This document shows, piece by piece, positions 26,677-36,317 of a DNA stretch of 45,316 bases. Positions within the stretch are counted from its first letter, which is position 1. Each line of letters opens with the position of its first letter. The position numbers and the translations under genes were made by a program. The stretch lies in assembly GCA_046753585.1 (NCBI GenBank), contig JBHHTX010000001.1:1-45316 (forward strand), read 5' to 3'. Under the pieces are notes generated by a model. That model was given only the letters and a program-made list of their open reading frames with translations. It ran no database searches and was not told the origin of the DNA. This stretch comes from Mariprofundaceae bacterium. Lineage in GTDB: Bacteria > Pseudomonadota > Zetaproteobacteria > Mariprofundales > Mariprofundaceae.

Positions 26677-27417
26677 CTAGATGCCACCGCCGCCTAAAAA
26701 ATGTTCCAGGATTTTGTGTTCTGACCTGATATCCTTCTTCAGACTTGCCTCCTCATCTTTTTCGGACGGGTGGGAAACCCCATGCAACTCATCCACCCGA
26801 ACATTTACATCATCAACTAGATGCAATACGTGCTCGATAACCCGGGCAATCGGATCCGGCATTAGATGGTGATCAAGGCTGACTTTCCCGTCGACTATCG
26901 TTTCCGCTGCACCAACGACACAACCGGGAATTCCTACTACGGTTGAATGGGGGGGGACATCTCTGAAAACCACCGAATTTGCTCCGATTCTTGAATGTTC
27001 GCCAATACTGATCGCTCCCAAAACCTTGGCGCCAGCTCCAACGATAACCCCTTCCTTCAAGGTAGGATGACGCTTGGCCTTTTCTTTGGTCGTACCACCA
27101 AGGGTTACACCGTGGTAGAGGGTAACATCGTCACCGATCTCGGTAGTCTCACCAATGACAACACCCATACCGTGATCGATGAAAAAACGCCTGCCAATGG
27201 TTGCACCCGGATGAATCTCTATTCCTGTCAGCCAACGTGCGAAATGTGAAAGCAGCCGGGCCAACCATTGAAAACGGTGATTCCACAACCAATGGGACAA
27301 CCTGTGCAGCCACACGGCATGCAGGCCAGGATAGCAGCTTACAACCTCCCACTTCGAGCGAGCAGCAGGATCTCTGTCAAAAACGATGCCTATATCTTCT
27401 TTGATTCTATTCCACAT
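26677..27417 (-). CDS. cysE: Serine O-acetyltransferase (short, Bacillus-type CysE)
   Basis: [21 protein letters not shown]... and the hexapeptide-repeat core [27 protein letters not shown]. The start at 27417 matches the N-terminus of short CysE proteins. The ORF-track TTG at 27462 adds 15 unsupported residues. Confidence 0.9.
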   Translation of the reverse strand: MWNRIKEDIGIVFDRDPAARSKWEVVSCYPGLHAVWLHRLSHWLWNHRFQWLARLLSHFARWLTGIEIHPGATIGRRFFIDHGMGVVIGETTEIGDDVTLYHGVTLGGTTKEKAKRHPTLKEGVIVGAGAKVLGAISIGEHSRIGANSVVFRDVPPHSTVVGIPGCVVGAAETIVDGKVSLDHHLMPDPIARVIEHVLHLVDDVNVRVDELHGVSHPSEKDEEASLKKDIRSEHKILEHFLGGGGI

Positions 27418-27515
27418 GGTGCACGCAATGTATCGGCGATGCCTTAAGGGTGCAATTGTCAAGAAGCAAACTGCATGAAAACAGGCGGGGCTACCCGCCT
27501 GTTTCTTTTCAAGCC

Positions 27516-29609
27516 TTAATCTTCGGAGCCTTCATCCAGGGCTTTCATGGAAAGCCTTATGCGGCCATTTCTGTCTACATCCAGAACCTTCACCTTCACT
27601 TCCTGACCCTCGGCCAACTCATCAGTAACCTTTTCAACACGATGTTGAGCAATTTGAGAAATATGCACCAGGCCATCTGAATTTGCTGTGATGCGAACAA
27701 AAGCACCAAAGTCCATAATCTTGACTACCTTGCCGGAATAAATGCGTCCTACCTCGACTTCAGCAGTGACATCATCAATGCTGGCACGGGCTGCAGTAGC
27801 AGCGGCTTCCGTAGTGGCAAATATTTTTACCGTTCCATCATCCTCAATGTCAATCTTGGCACCGGTTTCCTCTACAATGGAACGTATAACTTTTCCTCCC
27901 GGCCCGATCAGATCCCTGATCTTGTCGGTATTGATCTTCAGCATAAACATGCGCGGCGCATGTTCCGACATTTCTGTGCGGGAAATGCTGATTGCCTTGT
28001 TCATCTCGCCAAGGATATGTATCCGACCAGCCTTGGCCTGATCAAGAGCTACAGCCATAATTTCTCTGGTCAAACCGGAAATCTTAATGTCCAGCTGAAA
28101 GGTGGTGATACCTTCACTGGTTCCTGCCACCTTGAAATCCATATCACCAAGGTGATCTTCATCGCCAAGAATATCGGACAACACAGCATGGCCGTCATTC
28201 TCTAGAATCAGGCCCATGGCTATACCCGCAACCGGGGATTTGATAGGAACTCCGGCATCCATGAGGGCTAGCGATGTGCCGCATACCGTGGCCATGGATG
28301 ATGAACCATTGGATTCGGTAATCTCCGAAACCGCCCGAATGGTATATCCAAAATCTTCCGGGCCGGGAATTACAGCTTCAAGGCCACGCTTGGCCAGTTT
28401 ACCATGACCGATTTCACGCCGTCCCGGAGGGCCAAAGCGACGAACCTCGCCGACCGAATAAGATGGGAAATTATAGTGCAGCATGAAGCGCTGTTTGGAT
28501 ACACCCTCAAGATTCTCAACCATCTGCTGATCTGAATCGGTTCCCAGTGTTGCTGTTACGAGCGCTTGTGTTTCCCCGCGCGTAAACAAGGCAGACCCAT
28601 GTGTCCGTGGAAGTACACTCACCTGGCAGTCAATGTCCCGCACCTCCGTGGTGGCACGCCCGTCAATCCGTGGTTTTCCTTCAATAATAGCCCGCCTGAC
28701 AACTTTCTTTTCCAGACCTTTCAGGGCATGGGAAACATCATTGGCCTCATACTCCCCGGCTTCACCGGCAAAACGCTCCTGCGCATCCAGACGAAGTGCA
28801 TCCAGCCGGGTACTTCGTTGTTGTTTATCCGTAATCGCATAAATCTCGCGCACATCATTCTCAAATGCCTGATCAATCGCGTCCTGCACCTGTTCATTTC
28901 CAGCAATGTCAACAGTCATTGCTTTCCTGCCGACATCCTGAGCCAGGGCTTCAATCGCTTCAATTACCGGCTGCAAACCTGCATGCCCGAACATGACAGC
29001 ACTTAACATGGTTTCTTCAGAAAGCTCTTTGGCCTCGGACTCAACCATGAGTACAGCTTCCCGTGTGCCGGCAACAACAAGATCCAGCTCAGATTCTTCC
29101 ATCTGCTGATAGCTCGGGTTAAGCACAAATTCACCATCGATATAAGCAACCCGGGCTGCTGCAATCGGGGACTGGACGGGAATGCCGGAAATCCACAAGG
29201 CTGCAGAAGCCCCGTTGATTGCCATAATATCCGGATTATTCTCTTCATCAGCAGAAATCACCGTGGCAATAAGCTGTGTGTCGTGGAAATAACCCTTTGG
29301 AAACATGGGCCTGATGGGCCGATCAATTAACCTTGAGGTCAGCACTTCCTTTTCAGACGGGCGACCTTCACGTTTGAAGAAACCGCCAAGGAAACGTCCG
29401 GCAGCATAAGTTCTTTCCTGATAGTGAACGGTCAATGGCATAAAATCCACGCCCTGTAGAGGCTGCTTGGCCGCACATGCCGCAACCAGCAGGACGACAT
29501 CCCCATACTGGAGACGCACTGCGCCATCTGCTTGTCGGGCAATTCTTCCGGTTTCAATGCTGAAGTCGCGACCGCCGACTTTTACCGACTGTGTCTTAAT
29601 ATTAAACAT
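27516..29609 (-). CDS. pnp: Polyribonucleotide nucleotidyltransferase (PNPase)
   Basis: Two RNase PH domains, then KH ([15 protein letters not shown]) and S1 ([18 protein letters not shown]) domains. 697 aa. Confidence 0.97.
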   Translation of the reverse strand: MFNIKTQSVKVGGRDFSIETGRIARQADGAVRLQYGDVVLLVAACAAKQPLQGVDFMPLTVHYQERTYAAGRFLGGFFKREGRPSEKEVLTSRLIDRPIRPMFPKGYFHDTQLIATVISADEENNPDIMAINGASAALWISGIPVQSPIAAARVAYIDGEFVLNPSYQQMEESELDLVVAGTREAVLMVESEAKELSEETMLSAVMFGHAGLQPVIEAIEALAQDVGRKAMTVDIAGNEQVQDAIDQAFENDVREIYAITDKQQRSTRLDALRLDAQERFAGEAGEYEANDVSHALKGLEKKVVRRAIIEGKPRIDGRATTEVRDIDCQVSVLPRTHGSALFTRGETQALVTATLGTDSDQQMVENLEGVSKQRFMLHYNFPSYSVGEVRRFGPPGRREIGHGKLAKRGLEAVIPGPEDFGYTIRAVSEITESNGSSSMATVCGTSLALMDAGVPIKSPVAGIAMGLILENDGHAVLSDILGDEDHLGDMDFKVAGTSEGITTFQLDIKISGLTREIMAVALDQAKAGRIHILGEMNKAISISRTEMSEHAPRMFMLKINTDKIRDLIGPGGKVIRSIVEETGAKIDIEDDGTVKIFATTEAAATAARASIDDVTAEVEVGRIYSGKVVKIMDFGAFVRITANSDGLVHISQIAQHRVEKVTDELAEGQEVKVKVLDVDRNGRIRLSMKALDEGSED

Positions 29610-29650
29610 ATCTTATTGTCCTTTTGGTAAAGCAGGCAGAGAGCATGAAT

Positions 29651-29704
29651 AAAAAGGGGACAGTTTTACTTTCTTACTCTGGAAAAGTAAAACTGTCCCC
29701 TTTC
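29651..29704 (-). terminator. rpsO terminator / pnp leader hairpin
   Basis: Perfect 20-nt arms AAAGGGGACAGTTTTACTTT (29653-29672) and AAAGTAAAACTGTCCCCTTT (29684-29703) with an 11-nt loop. On the minus strand the stem is followed by a U-run. It lies 19 nt after the rpsO stop. Confidence 0.85.
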
Positions 29705-29722
29705 TCAATACTTAGATGAGAC

Positions 29723-29992
29723 TTAATGTCGCAGACCCAAGCGCTCAATCAGGTTACGATACCGATTGAAGTCTTTGGTCTTTAAATATCTTAAGAGATT
29801 CCGCCGGGTGCCAACCATTTTCAGCAGTCCTCGCCGGGAGTGGTGATCCTTGTGATGGGATTTAAAATGCTCACTTAAATGGAGAATGCGTGCGGTTAGT
29901 AAAGCCACCTGCACTTCCGTAGAACCGGTATCGCCATCACTAAGCTTGAAATTTTCGATGATTTCATTCTTCTTTTCTGTCGCCAAAGGCAT
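29723..29992 (-). CDS. rpsO: 30S ribosomal protein S15
   Basis: 89 aa; [33 protein letters not shown] pattern. Confidence 0.97.
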   Translation of the reverse strand: MPLATEKKNEIIENFKLSDGDTGSTEVQVALLTARILHLSEHFKSHHKDHHSRRGLLKMVGTRRNLLRYLKTKDFNRYRNLIERLGLRH

Positions 29993-30233
29993 GCTCTATT
30001 CTACCTCTTTACTATCTTTTTCGTTTTTTGGAGCCGGAACGCTAGCGTCAGCCTCAGGTACTTGCAACGACTACAAACGCTTTGTAACCCCCAAAATGAA
30101 AGTGTTCGCTTTTTCCGAAATAGAAATGCCATCTTAGGCATTGCTGGATATAGGCATTTATGAAGGCCGAACCCTGAATGATGAAACATTCAAACGAGGG
30201 CATTTCTACATTCCGTTGACAGTTATTGCCGTA

Positions 30234-30989
30234 TCATAACTCCAGCCAAACCGGGGCATGATCGGAAGGACGTTCTTTCTTTCGCATGTCCACACCCACG
30301 CCGCACTCAAGCGGTGTTAGTGCATAACTTGTCAGAATGTGATCAATTCTGAGGCCCCAGCCTCGTGGAAATGCGGCCAGCCGGTAGTCCCACCAGGTAT
30401 ACATGGGTTCATCTGTTTGCAGCATGCGTACGGAATCGTTGAATCCAAGGCTCAGCACTTGACGAAATTTTGCCCGTTCTTCATTCGAACACATGATCTT
30501 TCCCCGCCAACGCTCAGGCTTATGAATGTCAATATCCTCCGGAGCAATATTAAAATCACCCAGCAGCACGATGTTTTCGTACTCGGCAAGTTCAGCTTTA
30601 AGGGTGATCAGGAGCGCATCCAGCCAGTCATGTTTGTAGGCATATTTATCTGAGCCAACCTCCTGACCGTTCGGGATATAAACATTGAGAATACGAACGT
30701 CATCAATACTGGCAGCCAGAAAACGTCGTTGGGGGTCATTCAGCCCGACAAGATCCGTCTTGATATTCTGGGCCTGACCTTTGCTTAGTATAGCGACACC
30801 ATTATACGTTTTCTGCCCGCTGAAACAGACGTTATAACCAGCCGCCTCAATAGCATCCCTGGGAAATCTTTCATCAGGAAGCTTGGTTTCCTGCAATGCC
30901 AAAATGTCGGGCTTGGTCTGATCAAGCCATTCCAGAACATGCGGCAAGCGGACATTCAGGGAGTTCACATTCCAGCTCGTGATTATCAT
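30234..30989 (-). CDS. xthA: Exodeoxyribonuclease III
   Basis: SWNVNSL, LQETK, GDFNIAP and SDHAPVW motifs. Confidence 0.93.
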   Translation of the reverse strand: MIITSWNVNSLNVRLPHVLEWLDQTKPDILALQETKLPDERFPRDAIEAAGYNVCFSGQKTYNGVAILSKGQAQNIKTDLVGLNDPQRRFLAASIDDVRILNVYIPNGQEVGSDKYAYKHDWLDALLITLKAELAEYENIVLLGDFNIAPEDIDIHKPERWRGKIMCSNEERAKFRQVLSLGFNDSVRMLQTDEPMYTWWDYRLAAFPRGWGLRIDHILTSYALTPLECGVGVDMRKKERPSDHAPVWLEL

Positions 30990-31792
30990 ACGTCCATATT
31001 TACCGGAGCTTTCTTTTTCTGCAAATAAATGATCCAGCTCAGCCCTGCTGCGAACATCAAAAAGGAAAGCAGCATGCCCATCGTTATCGATGCAAACAAA
31101 AAACCGAGTTGTGCATCGGGCTGACGGAACAGCTCACAGAATATCCTGGCCGTAGCATAAGCAATGAGAAACAGGGCAACGCGCGTTCCATCCGGCCATT
31201 GCCGTTTACGGGTGAACCAGAGCAGGCAGAATAAAAGAACTCCCTCGAGCATCAATTCATATAGTTGGCTCGGATGACGAGGTTCAGGTCCGGCATGGGC
31301 GAATACCATAGCCCAGGGGACATCGCTTACACGTCCCCATAATTCGCCATTGATAAAATTTCCCAGCCTGCCAAAGGCCAGAGCCAGTGGCGCTGCTACA
31401 AAGAGGCGATCGCAGAGTGTAAGAAAAGGGAGTTTATTTTTTTGACAATACCACCAGCCAAACAAAATCGGGCCAAGCAAGCCGCCGTGAAAAGACATGC
31501 CGCCTTGCCAGACATAGAGTATTTCAACGGGATGCTGAAGGTAGTAAGCCAGGTTGTAAAAAAGAATGTAGCCGATTCTTCCGCCGGCCACGACGCCGAG
31601 AATCAACCAGGTAAACAAGCCTTCGAAATGTTGTGCCGGGACGCTTTGTTCCCACTCTCCACGCTCCTTAAGCTGGTACCTGGCGAGCCAGTGCACGGAC
31701 ATGAAACCAAAGATATACATAAGGCCGTACCAGTGAATGGCAATTGGGCCGATTTGTAAGGCAACGGGATCAAAATCCGGGTGTATAAACAT
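30986..31792 (-). CDS. lgt: Phosphatidylglycerol--prolipoprotein diacylglyceryl transferase
   Basis: IHWYGLMY, GGRIGYILFY, GGMSFHGGLLG, GRLGNFINGELWGR and HPSQLYE motifs. Confidence 0.95.
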   Translation of the reverse strand: MFIHPDFDPVALQIGPIAIHWYGLMYIFGFMSVHWLARYQLKERGEWEQSVPAQHFEGLFTWLILGVVAGGRIGYILFYNLAYYLQHPVEILYVWQGGMSFHGGLLGPILFGWWYCQKNKLPFLTLCDRLFVAAPLALAFGRLGNFINGELWGRVSDVPWAMVFAHAGPEPRHPSQLYELMLEGVLLFCLLWFTRKRQWPDGTRVALFLIAYATARIFCELFRQPDAQLGFLFASITMGMLLSFLMFAAGLSWIIYLQKKKAPVNMDV

Positions 31793-31793
31793 A

Positions 31794-32609
31794 CTAAACC
31801 ACTGTAAGCAGGACTACACCAAGGGCAACCCTGTAGAGCACAAAGGGCTTCATGCCCATATGTTCAATAAAGCGTAAAAAGTAGTGGATACAGAAGTATG
31901 CACTGACTGCCGATACAATATAGCCAATAAGCAGTTCGGAAACCCCAGTGGACAGTTGATCCTGAACAAGAAGGTCCTTTGTTTTCATTGCTCCAGCCAG
32001 AAAAATGACCGGTATGGACAAAAGAAATGAAAATCGTGCCGCCTCCTGGCGGGAATAACCCAGCATCAGTGCAGCAGTTATGGTAATTCCCGATCGTGAT
32101 GTTCCCGGGATCAGAGCCAGGGCCTGAGCCAGCCCGATCATCATGGCCTGCCTTAATGTCCAGCTGTTCTCGCTCCGGCATTTACTGCTTTTTATATCCG
32201 CCCACCAAAGCAGCAGACCAAAAACTATGGAGGCAACAGCGATAACGGCAACAGACCTTAACTCAACTTCAACAACATCCTTGAACATCAACCCGGCAAG
32301 ACCCACCGGAATTGTGGCCAGCAAGACAAACCAAGCCATTTTGCCATCGGTATCCACCTCCCAGGAGCGGGCCTGGATGGTACGCGCAAAGCCTTTTACC
32401 ATGAAGCTCAAGTCTGAGCGGAAGTAGTAAATCACGGCTGTCAGAGAACCCAAATGAACAATGCAATCAAAGGCCAGGCCCTGATCCGGCCAGTCGCTTA
32501 TCATCGGTACCAGAGCCAGATGGGCCGATGATGAGATAGGCAGAAACTCTGTCAGTCCCTGAATCAGGGCAAGAACGGCAGCCTGCAGGCCATCAATACT
32601 TTTAATCAT
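31794..32609 (-). CDS. uppP: Undecaprenyl-diphosphate phosphatase
   Basis: GLTEFLPISSSAHL and PGTSRSGITI motifs; eight-TM profile. Confidence 0.94.
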   Translation of the reverse strand: MIKSIDGLQAAVLALIQGLTEFLPISSSAHLALVPMISDWPDQGLAFDCIVHLGSLTAVIYYFRSDLSFMVKGFARTIQARSWEVDTDGKMAWFVLLATIPVGLAGLMFKDVVEVELRSVAVIAVASIVFGLLLWWADIKSSKCRSENSWTLRQAMMIGLAQALALIPGTSRSGITITAALMLGYSRQEAARFSFLLSIPVIFLAGAMKTKDLLVQDQLSTGVSELLIGYIVSAVSAYFCIHYFLRFIEHMGMKPFVLYRVALGVVLLTVV

Positions 32610-32731
32610 GGGTGCTCAACTCTTACTTGCTAAACCTTGCACAACAAGCTGGTATTTCCCTTGCCAGCTTTATTCTATAAATCCTGGCGATCATCGCGGC
32701 TACACATGGCTAAAGCAGACAGGAGAGATCG

Positions 32732-34555
32732 ATGTTATCAGGACTTTTAAGCAGAACCTGGCATTTCTTGGATGTTGCGCGTCGCATCATTGTGAACCTG
32801 CTGTTCGTCTTCATTGTTCTTGGACTTTTAACAGTAATTCTGACGCAGCGTCCCGATGTTCCCGATGGCGTGGCGCTGGTTCTTAATCCGAGTGGAGCGC
32901 TTGTGGAACAGATTACCGGCTACTCCCCCGACCTGACCTTTGGCACACCAAGAACAGACCAATCCTTAATGAAAGATTTACTGCACGCTATCGATATTGC
33001 TCGCGATGATGCCCGCATCAAGCTGATGTTTCTGGATCTCAAGGATATGGAGTCCAGTTCATTATCCAAACTTCAGGATTTACGTGGTGCTATTCTGGCT
33101 TTCAGAGCTTCAGGGAAAAAGGTGATTGTGGCTGCGGATTCATATACCCAGTCCCAATATTATCTGGCTGCGGCGGCTGATGAGGTTTATCTGCATCCCA
33201 TGGGTATGGTGATGCTGTCCGGATTTGGCCTGTACCGGAATTACTTCAGGGATGCCCTGGACAAGTTGAGTATCGATATGCACGTTTTCTCTGTTGGCGA
33301 ATACAAGTCCGCTGCTGAACCTTTGATTCGTAACAATATGTCGCCACAGGCGCGTAGTTCCAATACGGTTTGGCTGAACCAGCTCTGGACGGCTTATAAG
33401 CAGGACATTTCAACTTCACGCGGCATCAGGCCGGAGGATCTGCAAGCCGTGCTCAGCCAGCCATCACAATATTTACGGAAGCATCAGGGAAACATGGCCA
33501 GCCTGGCGCGGAACACTGGCCTGGTGGACAGACTGGCCTCACGTCAGGATGTGGAAGAAGGTTTGATAAAAGTTGTTGGAGTGGATAAGGAGGGTGGCAC
33601 ATTTCGTCAGATTAGCTACAGAGAATATTTACGGGCGATTGATAGCGATATCATGCACATTCCGGCAAAAAGTCCAAATAAGTTGGCCATCATCATTGCC
33701 AACGGTTCTATTGTCGACGGCGAACAGCCATCGGGTACGATCGGCGGAGATACGATGGCCGGTGTTCTCCGTTCAGCCCGAATGAATGATGATATCAAGG
33801 CAGTTGTGTTGCGCGTTGACTCGCCGGGTGGAAGTGCTTTGGCTTCGGAGGTGATTCGCCAGGAAGTGGAGAAAATTAGGCAGAGTGGTAAGCCGGTCAT
33901 TGCATCGATGGGGAGTCTTGCTGCCTCCGGCGGATATTGGATATCAATGGCAGCGGACGAGATCTGGGCAAGCCCAGTCACCCTTACCGGTTCCATAGGT
34001 GTGATCGGGTTGTTCCCGAACTTGCATCGGAGCATGGAAAGTCTGGGTATTCACACGGACGGAATTGGCACCTCACCACTTGCCGGAGCAATGCGTCCTG
34101 ATCGTCCCCTGAACCCGGAGGTTGCGCGGACGTTCCAGATGGGTGTAAATCATATCTATGACCAGTTCGTGCAACAGGCTGCTGCCGGCAGAGGTATGGA
34201 GAAGAAAGAAATGGATCAGATCGCCCGTGGAAGAGTCTGGTCTGGAGCAGATGCTCTGAAAATCGGCCTGGTGGACAAGCTTGGCGGTCTGGATGATGCG
34301 GTTGTCTCGGCAGCTGAACATGCAGACATCAGCGATGATTACGAAATCATGTATCTGGAAAAAGAAAAAACACTTCAGGAACTTTTGTTTGAAGACTTGT
34401 TTAGTAACGCCAGCACATGGTTTGGAGAAAAAATCGCCGGAGTCGTTCCTGCCATTGAACCCCTGTCTTCCATTGCCCGTGAATTACGCCTTCTTACATC
34501 TTCCGGCAATGGTGTCTACGCCTACTGCCCATGTGGGGATGCATTGATTGAGTAG
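32732..34555 (+). CDS. sppA: Signal peptide peptidase SppA, 67K type (tandem S49 domains)
   Basis: N-terminal TM, two ClpP/S49 repeats, catalytic-Ser region ASGGYWISMAADEI and DSPGGS. 607 aa. Confidence 0.9.
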   Translation: MLSGLLSRTWHFLDVARRIIVNLLFVFIVLGLLTVILTQRPDVPDGVALVLNPSGALVEQITGYSPDLTFGTPRTDQSLMKDLLHAIDIARDDARIKLMFLDLKDMESSSLSKLQDLRGAILAFRASGKKVIVAADSYTQSQYYLAAAADEVYLHPMGMVMLSGFGLYRNYFRDALDKLSIDMHVFSVGEYKSAAEPLIRNNMSPQARSSNTVWLNQLWTAYKQDISTSRGIRPEDLQAVLSQPSQYLRKHQGNMASLARNTGLVDRLASRQDVEEGLIKVVGVDKEGGTFRQISYREYLRAIDSDIMHIPAKSPNKLAIIIANGSIVDGEQPSGTIGGDTMAGVLRSARMNDDIKAVVLRVDSPGGSALASEVIRQEVEKIRQSGKPVIASMGSLAASGGYWISMAADEIWASPVTLTGSIGVIGLFPNLHRSMESLGIHTDGIGTSPLAGAMRPDRPLNPEVARTFQMGVNHIYDQFVQQAAAGRGMEKKEMDQIARGRVWSGADALKIGLVDKLGGLDDAVVSAAEHADISDDYEIMYLEKEKTLQELLFEDLFSNASTWFGEKIAGVVPAIEPLSSIARELRLLTSSGNGVYAYCPCGDALIE

Positions 34556-34777
34556 GGTGGTTTCCATACCATTGAACCACGCTTCCCAGCCTCAGCCAGG
34601 TATCAACAGCGCCAGCCTTGTATAATTTTGGTCATAATTGGGTAAATCTGTTCCTGAATTTCTAACCGCACGCCTCACCATAGGAACCCGTGGAGGTACA
34701 ACCAAGAAAACTTTTCCTGGCTTAATTACGTCCGGATGCCATGCCCCGGACAGCAAGGTAAAACAAATCCCGGAAAT

Positions 34778-35380
34778 CTAATGAAGGTAACGCGTCGCTT
34801 CCAAATGTTCGGGGTATCTGACGAGCACACGTTCATACCTGGCTGCAGCCAGATCTTTTTTCCCCTGCCAGGCATAAGCACGTGCCAGGTAAATCAATGT
34901 GGTCGCATCGGATGGATAGTAGCTTGAAAACAGGGAGGCGTGTTTTTCCAGCGTCTGCCATTGTTTCAAGCCTTCTTCACATACCATTAAACGGGTATTG
35001 GCCGTATAATTTAATGGCGACTTAGCCAGTACCTGCTTTAGATAACGCATGGCTTCCTTCCATCGTTTCTGTGCCATCAAAGGCAGAGCGATTCCGAGCC
35101 TGGCATCAAATGATCGTGTGTTCTGCTCCAAAGCCTGCTGATATGCCTTTATAGAATCGTTGAAATTACCCTGAAGATAGTTCAGCCAGCCATACCGTAA
35201 GCGGGCAAATTCATGATCTTCCCCCTTACCCAATAAAGGCACCAGTACGGCAGCTGCCTTTTCGTATTCACCCTTCGCTTCCAACGTATAGGATGAGCTC
35301 CATGGGCTACTGTTTTCCTCAGCCGAGGCAATATGCACACAACATAGTAGAGCAATCAGAATCAACATTGATCGATACAT
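34778..35380 (-). CDS. Periplasmic TPR-repeat protein (last gene of the candidate operon)
   Basis: Signal peptide MYRSMLILIALLCCVHIASA, followed by about 4-5 TPR-like helical repeats (...AIKAYQQALEQN..., ...EAMRYLKQVLAKSP..., ...LAAARYERVLVRYPEH...). AAGGAGA lies 8 nt upstream of the ATG. Confidence 0.75.
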   Translation of the reverse strand: MYRSMLILIALLCCVHIASAEENSSPWSSSYTLEAKGEYEKAAAVLVPLLGKGEDHEFARLRYGWLNYLQGNFNDSIKAYQQALEQNTRSFDARLGIALPLMAQKRWKEAMRYLKQVLAKSPLNYTANTRLMVCEEGLKQWQTLEKHASLFSSYYPSDATTLIYLARAYAWQGKKDLAAARYERVLVRYPEHLEATRYLH

Positions 35381-35395
35381 TATTTATTCTCCTTC

Positions 35396-36295
35396 TTACC
35401 ATTGTTTGGAAATATTCAGATAAAGAAACCGGTTGTCGTAGCTGTCACCGATATTGTTATTCAGGTAATTTTCATTGCCGCCTACCATCAGTAAGCGAAA
35501 AGATTCTGCCAATCGCCACTGCAAACCGAGGGAAAGAGAACCTCGCTGGATATCGGCAAGATTGTAAACAACGGCGGCATCACCATCGACAGCATAAATT
35601 CTTTCACCTGCAAGACCACTGACCTGCAACTTTTCCAGCCGGTGCCAGGCACCCGGGTCAAACCAGTGCATCCATTTAGCCTCAACAGCAGTAGTATTGT
35701 TTTTGCTCTGGGCCCGCAAGCTATTGCTAGGATCGATAAAATATCCTCTGAGCTGAATCCAGTCAGATGAGTCATTGAAGGCGAAACCGAACGTGGGGGT
35801 GAACTGGTGTACTTCCAGATTATTCAGATACTTTGAATAGGCATAGCCGAAATCGACATACAATGTCTTGGCGTAATTCATAAACGAGAACTGTGGCGCG
35901 ATTACTTTGACATGGTCCGTATCACCGGTAATATCGTTGTTGTATATGCTGTGCCCGTCAATTCGCAACGTCAGCGGGCCGGGAATTGCATCAAAATACA
36001 AATTGTAATGCAGGCTTCCGTATAGTGCCTGCTGGTTGATATCGTTCATGGTATTAAACTTCAGCCTGGTGTAGTTACCTCCCAGAGAAAATCCACCCTG
36101 TTCAAGATAATCAGCACTTAAAATCAGGCCACCTCCGGCAATGGAGCTGCGATTTGCTGAACCACTGTAATTGCCATAAATTCCCTGAACATCAGTTTTG
36201 ACAGACCAGTCTCCCTCAGCAGCCATACATGCATACTGCATATTTAACATGAACCCTGTAATCACAAGGCCAAAGGTCAGACATCGTTTTTTCAT
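35396..36295 (-). CDS. Outer-membrane beta-barrel protein, uncharacterised family
   Basis: I take the start as ATG 36295 (GGGAG 6 nt upstream), giving MKKRCLTFGLVITGFMLNMQYACMAAEG. After the signal peptide there are alternating-hydrophobicity strands rich in Y/G/N, and a C-terminal aromatic residue (...YLNISKQW). The ORF-track start at 36442 overlaps the upstream gene. Confidence 0.7.
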   Translation of the reverse strand: MKKRCLTFGLVITGFMLNMQYACMAAEGDWSVKTDVQGIYGNYSGSANRSSIAGGGLILSADYLEQGGFSLGGNYTRLKFNTMNDINQQALYGSLHYNLYFDAIPGPLTLRIDGHSIYNNDITGDTDHVKVIAPQFSFMNYAKTLYVDFGYAYSKYLNNLEVHQFTPTFGFAFNDSSDWIQLRGYFIDPSNSLRAQSKNNTTAVEAKWMHWFDPGAWHRLEKLQVSGLAGERIYAVDGDAAVVYNLADIQRGSLSLGLQWRLAESFRLLMVGGNENYLNNNIGDSYDNRFLYLNISKQW

Positions 36296-36317
36296 AAAGC
36301 GCTCCCGTTTGCCTGTA

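Noticed and set aside
27782-27795. TGGCACGGGCTGCA, a sigma-54 -24/-12-like sequence (of interest because ntrC is in the window)
   Set aside because: The spacing is off by one from TGGCAC-N5-TTGC. It lies inside pnp on the antisense strand with nothing to transcribe. Other TGGCAC occurrences (1183, 16886, 17815) lack a -12 element.
34618-34626. TTGTATAAT, a near-perfect extended -10-like box in the 222-nt sppA/TPR convergent spacer
   Set aside because: There is no acceptable -35 element. It would fire antisense into the 3' end of the TPR gene, and no ORF or recognisable RNA follows it. It could mark an antisense or small RNA, but the sequence alone gives no support.
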